Assembly (NCBI GenBank): GCA_964016885.1
Contig: OZ024740.1
Location: 53,940,001-54,004,000, forward strand
Reading direction: 5' to 3'
From: Eledone cirrhosa
Taxonomy: Eukaryota
Length of the DNA: 64,000 nucleotides
The position numbers and the translations under genes are program-made. The notes beneath the pieces were generated by a model, which made no database searches, was not told where the DNA came from, and saw only the letters and a program-made list of their open reading frames with translations. Within the stretch, counting starts at the first letter, position 1; each line of letters opens with the position of its first letter. This document shows positions 35,553 to 47,848 of this stretch, in pieces.

Positions 35553-36600
35553 TTAGTGGAGTAAATAAAACCTTGTTTGAAATGGCGAAGGCGTGAAATT
35601 CAGTTTAAATAAACATAATCACTATAATATGAATTGAGTGCTCTTCTTATGGCCGCTCAATGTAACGTATGAATATACATCTACAGAAGAGTAAATGAAC
35701 GCCTGCGTTAGCACCAAACCTTACATATATATTTTCCTCTCCCACACACACACAAATATGCACACAGTAGTACATGCATACGCACCAACATCTGTCTTTC
35801 ATTCGTTCACTCCCCTCTAACATTCTCTCTCTTTATCCTTTCCCTCTCTCTTGTCATCTATCTATTATTCTTTGGTTATCCTATATTTGCATGCAACATA
35901 GTATTTTCAAACATAAATATATTTCTAAATACAAGCGACTAAACAAATTATACGTATTTTCACGTTCTTCAAATCTTTTCCTCATTCATACATACTGATA
36001 TACACCATCCCAGTTCTTATACACATTCAAACAAATGATATATTATTCAATGAAAAACGATCCTGAATACAAACACACAATAACTCACAAACACACATGC
36101 ACACATACACATAAAGTCAAGCACATGTACATACACATGCACATATACATATATGGAAACACATATACTCTCATGACGTGCAGATTCTATTTCACACACA
36201 TTACAAAAGCTAACATTTTATATTAGATAGTCTTTATTTTACACGCCCCAAAGTTTCAGCCTTCCCTCATCGCTAACTTACCTCGGCGCATTTATTCAAA
36301 AGCACGCATACATTCACACATTCACAGACGAACAAACAATACACACGCTGGGATACATTCACCCATGCAACTGTACATAAATAATTGCAAAATATACACA
36401 TCATTTTGAATCTACCGAGCACCCATGCTTGACCCTCTATGAATACACAAGCACACATACACAAATGTATGTACAAATTAACAGCTACGTTTGTATATAA
36501 ATACGTATACAATTACATACAATCACATACGAATTGTATTAAATGCCGTTGATATAAAAATAAGTTGAGAGTATATATATATATATATATATATGAATGT

Positions 36601-37298
36601 ATGAATGTATGTATAGTATATTTAGCAATATACCGTATGCTTAATTAAAAACATTTTGAAGACAATACGCTATCAGTTTTAAAGTAGTGACTATGTCACT
36701 TACTTCTTTTCTTCGGCGAAAGAAGGGAGAGAAGCTAACAAACAGTCTGTTTCACGCTGTTGGCGATCATCAGAGCAACGTACTCCTCGCTTTCGCCTAA
36801 GCTTATAGAAGCTGGATTCTTATAGAATTCCAGTAATATTCAGGAGCTGATTATACAGAGCGATTGCCGGTCCAGCAAAAATTAGGTATTAGGATTGGTG
36901 CTCCCTTCTTTCGCCGAAGAAAAGAAGTAAGTGACATAGTCACTACTTTAAAACTGATAGCGTACGGTCTTCAAAATGTTTTTAATTAAACATACGGTAT
37001 ATTGCCAAATATACTATACATACATTCATGTAAACATCACTATTTCAGAGCACCAATCCTAATACTTAATTTTTGCTGGACCGGCAATCAATCTGTGTAA
37101 TCAGCTCCTGGTTATTACTGGAATTCTATAAGAATCCAGCTTCTATAATCTTCGGCGAAAGCGGGAGTACGTTGCTCTGATGATCGCCAACAGCGTGAAA
37201 CAGACTGTTTGTTAGCCTCTCTCCCTTCTTTCGCCGAAGAAAAGAAGTAAGTAACATAGTCACTACTTTAAAACTGAGAGCGTATGGTCTTCAAAATA
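36601..37298. mobile_element. HHR-bearing fold-back element: ~321-bp tandem monomer plus inverted permuted copy
   Basis: 36901-36977 repeats at 37222-37298; 36601-36900 is the reverse complement of a permuted monomer; HHR-like cores at 36741-36773 (-) and 37177-37209 (+); further fragment at 38060-38140. Confidence 0.78.
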
Positions 37299-37387
37299 TT
37301 AACTATAATAAAGTAAGGAGTGCGGGATTTCGTCCAGAATATACTTTTTTACCCCGTTTGTAAAATAAAGTTGGATTACTTTGAATA

Positions 37388-37683
37388 AATAATTTTCCTA
37401 CTTTTGGCACAAGGCCAGCAATTATCCAGTATATTACTGGTACTTTATTTTATCGACCCCGTAGGATGAAAGGCAAAGTGAACCTCGGCGGGATTTGAAC
37501 TTAGACTGTAAAGGGACGTAACTATGCTGGAAAGCATGGCGTCCGACTCTCTACCGATACTGCCAATCCACCGCCCTACTTTGAATAAATAATTGTTTCT
37601 ACGTTAGGCACAAGGCCAGCAATTACCCAGTGCATTACTGGTACTTTATTTTATCGAACCTGTAAGGATGAACGGCAAAGTGA
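37388..37683 (-). mobile_element. Full SINE inserted at the tail of a partial SINE
   Basis: Consensus match; TACTTTGAATAA duplicated at 37378 and 37578. Confidence 0.85.
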
Positions 37684-38752
37684 AGGAATATTACATAATT
37701 TATGTTATAAATTTCGTGGCTGTTGATATATTATAGTTTATTAAAGATTCACTTCTTTAAAATTTTCAAATGTCAACACTTCCGGTTAGCGGCCGTTATA
37801 TTATAACACTTATAAAAATATGGCATATATTTCGCCTAATGCAGTTTATATATAATATCGTCTTTTTTTAAATGTATCATGGATTACTTTAATGATTACA
37901 GAAGACAGTGTAACATAAACTTCGTTCAATTTCTGTGTATATTGTCCATTTCGATTCTATTTGATGTATCATATTTACATGCATATATATTTGTGTATAA
38001 TATACACACTGCAAAAGCTGGCAGAAAACCACCCGAGGGGTGGTTTTTCTGCTAGTCTTTTTAATTAAGCATGCGGTATATTGCCAAATATACTATACAT
38101 ACATTCATGTATACATCGCTATTTCAGAGCACCTCTCCTAATATATATATATTATTTAGGTTTGTTGGTTCACCACTGGATAGAACTGGTTATTCCGTAT
38201 AGTCAACCTAGATGTAATATTGGGGAGAGCACTCGATGTAACTCACCCGTCTTCGTTTGTGTTGTTGGTGGTGCGAGTACGGAGTTAATTATTATAAAAT
38301 AACAGGAGCCTGAACTGGTGTAATTCCTTAAAGGTTTATTATACTATGAACATTTCAATGACCGGGTTCAGTACGAATCCGGTGACATCATCATCTATTC
38401 AAAATCTAACAATCCATGGGGCTGAAAAGTCAGAGAGACGAGAAGGCGGCATATATATATAATGGAATGTTCTGTCATATTTCGACGTACGTAGGTTCAA
38501 CATTTTTCAGAACCTTGAGCGGAGCAGGGTGGAAGCTTTGATCCTATATTGTTGTCAGATCGTAGATTGCGAAGGTGGACCAGACTAGATTTTTCAAAGT
38601 CCTTTATATTTTCAAAGTAGTCAGCTCTACATTTTCCACGGTCAGCTTCAAAAGAAATAAAACGTATGTTCACAGATTTAAGATTGTACAATTTGTCTTT
38701 ATATCTGAGTGATCGTCTGCTACATTACGTGTACCATTATGTATTGACTATA

Positions 38753-38945
38753 AGGGCGGTGAATTGGCAGCATCGGTAGAGCGTCAGACAACATGCTTTA
38801 AAGCATAGAGTTATGACCCTTTACGTTCTGAGTTCAAATCCCGCCGAGGTTAACTTTGCCTTTCATCCTTACGGGGTCGATAAAATAAAGTACCAGTAAT
38901 GCTCTGGGATAATTGCTGGCCTTGTGCCAAAAGTAGAAACAATTG
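38753..38945 (+). mobile_element. Full-length tRNA-derived SINE with 13-bp TSD
   Basis: TGTATTGACTATA at 38740-38752 and 38946-38958. Confidence 0.92.
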
Positions 38946-39289
38946 TGTATTGACTATATAACAGTACCTTGGTTGTGGGGTCCTCAGCCATCCGTAAGAC
39001 ATGACCAGCCATCTAGGTTGGGTTTGTATCAGAAATGACTCTATTCCATTGATGCTGCACTTCGTGCAGTGATTGGCATTGGATATATGGCAGAAAGTGC
39101 ATAACCACAGGCAGAGCGAAGACAATGTTTGTGGTAGATATGAAACTTATAAATGTAGGTGCGATAAATTGTTCATGACTCCGAGATGTATAAAAGCGTT
39201 GTCAGTACCACTGCACAATAAAATGCAACTTTCGGTGAAGCACTTTGCCAAAAGCTTCAGTTGCTTAAAATATGCGATGGATGATGTCC

Positions 39290-40410
39290 TCATCAAGGGA
39301 TGCAGAGTTTCACCTTGCTGCCAATGTAAATAAATCCATTCACATACTTCAGGTTATTGCCAATTAGTGAAGAGATTATATTTTAAATTTTCAGGTGGGA
39401 TTCCATCTTTACAAGGAGTTTGTTGGATGACAGTTGCTTGATAGTGGCTTGAACTTCATTCAAGCTTGGATTGAATGCTAGTTCGGGTATCTCTGTTATT
39501 TATGGAATAGATGGTATTACGTATGGTATTACGTCTTCCTCAGCATTTAGGTCGTTTTCAAAGTATCGTTTCCAATGAGAGAATTTCCCAACTTTGTCTG
39601 TGGTTATAGGGCTGTATTATCAGGGGACAGATTTGAATATGACCGACTCTCCCAGGGATTATACAACACATTCAGAACACTATAAAAATGCCCTTGAGGC
39701 ATTATTATTAGCAGCTTCTTGTAGTTCAGAATCTTTCATATTTCTAAGTGAGGCTTGTGCATGCTGCTTACAATTTTTGTGGGCTTTCTTTTTATTTGTT
39801 GGGTTTAAATTTTTAATCCAAATCCTGCGTCAGTTATGTCTTTCCCTGATACGGTTCTGGACATCTGAGTTGCTCCATTGTCATCAGAAATTATGAGGGA
39901 TGAGTCACGTTTTGTAGATATTTCCAACCTCTAATCAGTACATCTCAAAGCACCAACAGGAACGTTGGGTGAGATATGTGACTATTGATATTGTGACTAT
40001 TGGTGTGTGGGTGAATGAAAAATTACTGCGCAGCATTACATGATCCGAGATGTAACATCAAAATTGAAAAAAGCGAGTGATTTTGAATTTTCTTCAGTGA
40101 AAACTGTGGGTTATGTCATAATCATCATGTACCAATACTTCAATCAAGGATCAAAACTTGTTGACTTAAGGTTTGCGGGTTGTTGAAAAAATATCGATTA
40201 ATGATGCTAATCTCTAATTCCTTGCAGAACGAAAGAATCTAAGAACATTTAGTCCATAGCTTCGGCTCCGTTAAATCCAAGAACGCTATGCCATGCATGA
40301 TAGTCATTTCCAACTCTAACATTGAAATCTTCCATTAAGATGATGTTGTTCTTGTATAGAGCAGTGGAGACAACTTTGTGAAGCAGATCATAGAATGTTT
40401 CGATATACTT
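39290..40410 (-). pseudogene. Degraded RTE-clade LINE (APE endonuclease/early RT)
   Basis: FYDLL...IILMEDFNVRVG..W..VLG motif; WKRYF further downstream. Confidence 0.65.
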
Positions 40411-40793
40411 CTCTGATGAATATATATGAACAAACACACAAACATAAACACACACGCAAAGACAGGAACTCACATATAAACACACATGTGTGCATGTTAA
40501 ATGTCGACACACTATCGAGTATGATCACAATTTATACACACCTCTCCTTTCGCCTTTAATGATGTAATGCCTACGGACTTAGATTCTTAAGATGAAGAGA
40601 GATTCACCAGTCTGTTAAACACCAACACCAACAGTTTATTTTTAACAGAAGATGCAAACATACGGGTGACCACAGAATGCCGATTACTCGCGCCTATACT
40701 ATGCATCCTCTAGGCCCTGTGAGGTAGTAAAGTAGGGAAATGGGTGTTTGCGAGTGTTTTCCTGTATACACACACACACACACACACAGACAG

Positions 40794-40835
<42 letters not shown>

Positions 40836-41892
40836 TTTCATTTCTCTGAGGGTTCTAAGCCCTACTATCAGGCTAACATTTCTTTAGTCAAAATATACGG
40901 TGAAAGCTTCTATTTTCTAATTTCAAACTTGCTCACTGTTTCAAAACATACTTACTTATATCTATATATATTTCCATACAGGGACAGGGATGTATACAAT
41001 TCTCGAATATATCTACTTTTACTAATATACACTAAGGAGTTAAACACATTTTGCAACCAGCAGAACACATGAATCCATATACATACAGACAACATCTATA
41101 TAAACGTTTTATCAAATCCATAAGTTCATGCAATTCCCAAAACGCGAACACTGAGATGCATATATGGATATTTGTCTCCATCAAAGTTTTCTGCTTGACT
41201 CATTCAGCTTGTCTTCTTAACAACATATTTTGTTCTCCTTTGTGAAGTTTTGTCATTTTAATTTGTGTTACTATTTGCAGAAGCAGACTATTAATACTTT
41301 TCTCGGATTGTACACTTTCACCCATCTATAAACATAATAATACACGAATGCAGAAACATGCCACAAATACAAAGATAAGCATACACACTACACAAAGATA
41401 TACACAAAGTATATATGAAAATACACGTATTTAAATACACATACATATAAACACATACACTTTCTCTCTCACGAAAAATACGTTTAACAATACTTATACA
41501 TAAACATATTAAGCTCCAGATCCAAACGCTCTTCCCAACACACGCATCTTTGCTAAGGACATATTCTTCATATATGAAGCCAAAAATGAATCCAGGATAT
41601 GATAAAATATTGAGAAATATAAAGAATGAAATAAAAGTCGATTCATACAAAGAAACCACTTAAGACTCTTTATTTATACTCGATTCCCCCAAACAATAAA
41701 AGAAATATATTCTTAGTCGTAGAAAAAAATATAGAATTGACAGTTAATTTGTCAATGTTTTTATTTCTAGTTATAATAACACTTTACGCCAGTTGATTCC
41801 TGCAATTCAATGCCATCTTACAACCCCTCGGACCAGCCAGACAACAATAAATAAAGAAAATGAGAAAGAAATGATTGTCGTACCCTCCTCTA

Positions 41893-41936
<44 letters not shown>

Positions 41937-42253
41937 TATATATATATATATATATATATACATATATACATATATAAAAATATACAGACACACACATAAC
42001 ACACATATATATATTTGTTATCATTTATTTTGTTTTGACCTGTATAGCTTGATTTGGTTTTGGGCTTGGGTGGTTAATGCCTTCTTGACCAGCTTTTCAG
42101 TTTTGTATGGCTTCTTAACACATTGATTAGCTCTTGTTTTTAACTATGGAGCATTTGCCAGTATCATTTCTGATTTTTGAATTTTGCTTCGCTTTTCATA
42201 CCCGCAAAAAATGCGATTCTCGCTGAATCTTTATTTGTATGTATCTATGTATG

Positions 42254-42301
<48 letters not shown>

Positions 42302-42343
42302 AATAATATTAATAAATGGAAACTATCTTTATAAAACCATACT

Positions 42344-42404
42344 TATTTTATTATATATATTTCAAGGGTACCAAAATGTTGGTACGCTCTCATCAGATAA
42401 AATA
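42344..42404 (-). ncRNA. Type I hammerhead ribozyme
   Basis: TATTTTAT-CTGATGA-GAGCGTACCAA catt TTGGTACCCTT-GAAA-TATATA-TA-ATAAAATA; perfect 8-bp stem I. Confidence 0.8.
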
Positions 42405-42469
42405 CAAATGTTGTTTTATAGATAGTGACATATCCCAAAACAAGAACTTATTGTTTTCAGTTCTGTTTG

Positions 42470-42514
<45 letters not shown>

Positions 42515-42994
42515 AACATTCAGGACCCCGACGACTGATCTGGCGTTTCAACAGCTAAATCATACACACGAACACACACAGAGACACTGGCACACACACA
42601 CACACACACACACACAAATTATATAATTAAAAAAACGGAGTTAAAGACTCACGTTAATCCCCTATAATTTAAGGAGCTCAAGGAAAGATTCCGGGCTCTT
42701 TATAAATGAGTAAATAGAGAGAATTCCACAAAGACGTATGTGTTTAATAATAGGGGATGGAGGACCACCAGAATAAAGAAGATATTGTCTATAAAAGGAA
42801 AGGAGATTATAGAACAATTAAAAGAATAAATTAAAATGTTGTAACTATCCGATAGTAACTATTACACCTAGACATGCTCTAACAACAGCATGTTTCGCCA
42901 CAGTCTGGACTCTATATTGTTGAGGGCTTGGCAATAAGTAGACTACATCTCCTATGATAAAACACATACCTCTTTGTGTATTTTTCTCTATTTA

Positions 42995-43024
<30 letters not shown>

Positions 43025-43029
<5 letters not shown>

Positions 43030-43780
43030 GACGTAAAATAAGAAAATTATAAAAATTAACTTACTTACTAAAATTTCACTCCAACTAATTAGTTTCTGAA
43101 AGGGAATAAACATGGTTTCCGAATGGACAACATGGAGAAATCCTTTCGTCATCAGGGAAGTCTATTCTCAGCTAAGTTCCCAGGCAATGCGTGGACACAG
43201 GGAACTTATAAAAAAAAAATTCAGTGGATGGAAAAAAGCAAAGCGTGGACTAAGTTCCAATCATTGAAAAAAATCACTGCCTACATGGTCGGTGGCAAAT
43301 TCAAAAGAATCAATCACGTGACATCGAGGTTAAACAGTGAGGAGTGGTGTGTTAAGAAGACAGCAGCCGAACCATTACTATGAACTATAGCAGCAGTTTT
43401 GGCAAATTTTTGCTCAGCAAAATAATTTGGAGATAATTATAAAGAATTAGTATATCTACCAACATATATATACAGATGCATACCTATGCTAGCAAATATA
43501 TACGTTTTGTCTCAGTAACTTTGTGGTTCAATGCAAGGGGATGCAGAACAATAATATGAAAGACGTAAAATAAGAAAATTATAAAAATTAACTTACTTAC
43601 TAAAATTTCACTCCAACTAATTAGTTTCTGAAAGGGAATAAACATGGTTTCTTATTTTACGTCTTTCATATTATTGTTCTGCATACCCTTGCATTGAACC
43701 ACAAAGTTACTAAGACAAAACCTATATATTTGCTAGCATAGGTATGCATCTGTATATATATGTTGGTAGATATACTAATT

Positions 43781-43787
<7 letters not shown>
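43025..43787. mobile_element. Fold-back element: ~531-bp tandem monomer plus inverted segment, in (TA)n
   Basis: 43025-43119 repeats at 43556-43650; 43651-43787 is inverted relative to ~43438-43575; HHR-like core 43109-43155 (-). Confidence 0.72.
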
Positions 43788-43829
<42 letters not shown>

Positions 43830-43833
<4 letters not shown>

Positions 43834-44085
43834 GTCCAACCTCTGCTAAGTGTAGTGCAATCGCTTGGCAAATTATCGAAACTGGTGCACTTTTAGGCTA
43901 CGGTCAGCCCCACCCATCTTCAACAGATCCTGAACAAGCAACGCTTGTGCTTTGAAGGTGTTTTAAGTGGGTAAAGGCCTTGCACTTGACCAATCCCAAT
44001 CTCTGAGCATCGAAAACATTACCCGAAAAGGAGAACTGGTCAACATCATTAGATGTATCTATATAGGGTGGGTAAAATTCACGAT
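43830..44085 (-). mobile_element. Diverged relative of the 600-bp RTE-like element
   Basis: Shared block ...GAACTGGTCAACATCATTAGAT with 17890-17970. Confidence 0.5.
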
Positions 44086-45219
44086 GTATATGTATATATA
44101 TATATATATACATTTATATATATATAGCTGGACTGGAGAGAAGTATGCAGAGTAAAGCATGTTGCCAAAGGATGTCGAATGTTATTAATAATCTATAATA
44201 GACTTGGGATTTAGCATATTTAAAATACGTTGAATTAGAAAATCGTTTTTATAAACAATCATATTGGAAACAAGAGGAAATGTTTGCCGATTTGGTCACA
44301 TGCCATCGTTACAGAAGCGGAGAGTGGGAGAGAGGGAGAGAGGGGAAGAGTTTTGCTCAAGAACATAAGTATTTTCATTTTACGGCAAACAAATTAATTG
44401 CCGACGTAAGCCATCGTTAATTCCCTGCTTCATCTGTTGTAAGTAAATCTCATTGAATCTGCTTCATTCAATGAGGTTTACTTATAACACACGTTTCTGT
44501 GTAGGTCACACAATAAATTACACATACTTTTATGTATGCCACCCGGGCACATTCCTCTATACTTGGTGCCTTAGCATGATAGATTATCTGAGAAGCCTGC
44601 GGGATAGTTCTTATTGCATCAACACTTATAGTGTTTATTGCATTAGATAACTTGTCAAGTGCAAGATTTTGATCGTGTGGAGTTTGTGAGATAATTTTGC
44701 AAATTGTATTGTATCTGTTTTTTAGATAATATAAACATAAACATAATTCAGTAATATAATATAAACTATTAAAATTCCAGATGGATATATTATTTTCGAA
44801 ATAATATAAATCTGTTCTGGTCGTTCTTAAACCTTAAGGTATGTAGGTAGTACATTACAAGTAAAGGTTTTATTTGTTTAGTCACAGTTCAAAATTGCTC
44901 ATCCTGTCGTTGCTTCAGGAATGATATATCTAACAGAATGTTATAGAATATATTGTTAATTTTTTTAAATGATAGACAATAATATATGGGATATCCGACT
45001 ACGACTTCTAGCATGTTGACCCACCTGTTAGATGTCTCTCTCTGGCCAATGGCAATTTACGAAATGTGTCTAGGTACCATAAATCATTTTCTGTAACTTA
45101 AATTGATGTTTTATTAATGATAATAACTTCATCTGATACCAAACAGAAACAGTTGATATGCCACAAGAATGGTCAGATGATAATTTACCTCACGAAAGGC
45201 CTGAAACAAATAATATTCT

Positions 45220-46110
45220 TTCATGTTGTTGTCTGGCGTGTCCGTTTTTTCCTCCTTTTAGTTCCCCCAGTGATGGTCTAACCTTTCACCTATGCTACGA
45301 GCTGTCTCGCCTATGTATGTCGTTGTCATGTTTCTGCAAGTACATCTTATGCTATATACTACGTTTCTAGTTTTACAGTTTATCCGCGGGTTTACTTTAC
45401 ATATAATACATTTCCTATTAGTACAGTGGGTTTTCTTAAAAGGGTATGTTTTACTGATCAGGGATTTTATGGTGGTTCCTGGCTTTTCTACCACAGAGGG
45501 TACTTGCAGAAACATGACAACAACATACATAGGCGAGACAGCTCGTAGCATAGGTGAAAGGATAGACCAACAGCGGGGGGAACTAAAAGGATGAAAAAAC
45601 GGTTCAGTACTATACGAACACGCCAGACAACAACACAACGGTAAATAGACAACATAGAAATTAAAATAATATCTAAACATAGAAATTACCCAGCAGATAG
45701 GCAAGTCAGAGAGGCCAATGAAATAGAACTTAGAAGGCCAAAGCTAAACAGAAAAAATGAATGGAATAACAAAAACACCCAAACAAACAATACTGACCTA
45801 AGAGAAATATAAATGAATAAATAAATAAATACACGCACAAGCACAATAACAACAAACACATATAAACACACACTAGTAAACTAAGATAGAGAATACAATA
45901 TCCAAAACACAGTCACCCAAACACGAACACACATCAAAGACTATACACACACGCAAACGCATGCGCAGAGAAGAAGACAAAATAAATAAATAAATAAATA
46001 AATAAACAGATTAAATAAAGATGGCGTAGACATACAATACAAAAGGAGGAAACATAATAGCACCACTGACGATATTTGCAGATGTGCAACGAAAGAACTT
46101 TGTTAGACTA
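45220..46110. mobile_element. Second PLE family remnant: inverted duplication of the GIY-YIG domain plus 3' region with an HHR-like core
   Basis: CxxC...NVVY...YIGETARSIGER on the minus strand and TYIGETARSIGER...LYEH...REANEI...PKLNRKNEW on the plus strand; CTGACGA..TTGCA gatg TGCAA.CGAAA at 46067-46100. Confidence 0.8.
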
Positions 46111-46318
46111 TATATATGTGTTTGTGTCTATATTACATCTGTATTTTTGACAGTTGGTGAGTCAACGGTAAACATTGAGGACCGAATAAATTAACTGATA
46201 TAAAAGATACAGAAGCGAAAACCAACCAGACAGTTAGTGTGTTCTGTTATTAATTCTGGCAATATTATTACAACAATATGACCCTCCCCAAGTATAATAG
46301 TATTTGTTTCGGCACACG

Positions 46319-46384
<66 letters not shown>

Positions 46385-46699
46385 CATACATATATATATA
46401 TTTATATATATATACGCACAAATATACAAATACATATATGTGTATCAATGAACCGTATTATTAACATTCAGATAGTTCGAGAAGAAAAATAAAGGAAAAG
46501 TGAAGTGAAGAAGTGAATGAAAAAATATTTCTAACTGCCTAAACAATCAAGCATTCTCAGATAGAAAAATAAGATGTGATTATCTAATATTACCATTATG
46601 CGCATCTTGCTGATTGGGTGCAGGCACACACATATATACACACGCATATATATACACACACATATATACAGACACATACACATATATATGTAAGTATAT

Positions 46700-46725
46700 A
46701 TATATATATATATAAATACATATAT

Positions 46726-46764
<39 letters not shown>

Positions 46765-46771
46765 CATATAT

Positions 46772-46820
<49 letters not shown>

Positions 46821-46827
46821 CATATAT

Positions 46828-46866
<39 letters not shown>

Positions 46867-46873
46867 CATATAT

Positions 46874-46934
<61 letters not shown>

Positions 46935-46935
46935 T

Positions 46936-46940
<5 letters not shown>
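46700..46940. repeat. Tandem AAATACATATATTTTCA-(TA)n minisatellite (~5 units)
   Basis: Direct inspection. Confidence 0.85.
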
Positions 46941-47010
<70 letters not shown>

Positions 47011-47440
47011 TAAATGTATAAGCGAGTTTACCAAATTATCTAACCTAGATTAAGTGAACCTTTCACATTAGCACCCTAAATAAAGGATTGTTGTAAAAAA
47101 GAATGAAATAAAGAAGTCATGAAAAATTTTTGTGAATCGATTATCAAAAATAGAAAAAAACAATTATATGAAAAAAACCCACAAAAAACCTTAATTACAT
47201 TTGAAATTGTTGATTTGTTCGCGATAACATGCATTGTTATTCAAAAAGTGACGAAAAAGAGGCAATTCTCTGTTGAGCAGCATAACTCTCATAGCTTTGG
47301 CTAGGTAAGTTTAAGTAATTTTTCAAAATTTTGCTGAACAAATGTCAGGGAAACATTTGTTTTTAAATGATTAATTTAGAGGTTATTAGCTTTGAATTCA
47401 CGTTAAACATGGAATATTATTGGCATTATTATTATTAGTA

Positions 47441-47481
<41 letters not shown>

Positions 47482-47848
47482 GGTGACCTACGTAGTAAAT
47501 CGTATCATCGTGAGCTCCGCAAAGGTTTGTTATTTTCAGTTCTTCAAAATTGCCATTCATGGAAAATTTTATTGTTAATTGTATATAACTGCACATACAT
47601 TGTTATCTGAAAAGGACACCCAAAAAGATTGGGGCCTTGAGCCCAAAATTTAAACTTTTATAATTATCAAAAAAATTTTCTTTGAAAAATTATGGCTGAC
47701 TCAGAGTCAGTCCTTTCTCACAAACTAACACCTCACACCGACACCATCATTGTAAATGTTACTACGTTTGCCAACACTAAAAAAAAATATAAGCAGTAGC
47801 AATATTTTAAATTTGTCTCAGGCAGACATTCATTTCCCGCCAATACCA

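Noticed and set aside
38213-38730. Solo LTR (TG start, AATAAA on the minus strand)
   Set aside because: No clear terminal repeat or TSD; contains a decayed HHR-like core (38349-38394) more consistent with a PLE remnant
46700-46940. CRISPR-like repeat/spacer pattern
   Set aside because: Spacers are just (TA)n; eukaryotic context, no cas genes
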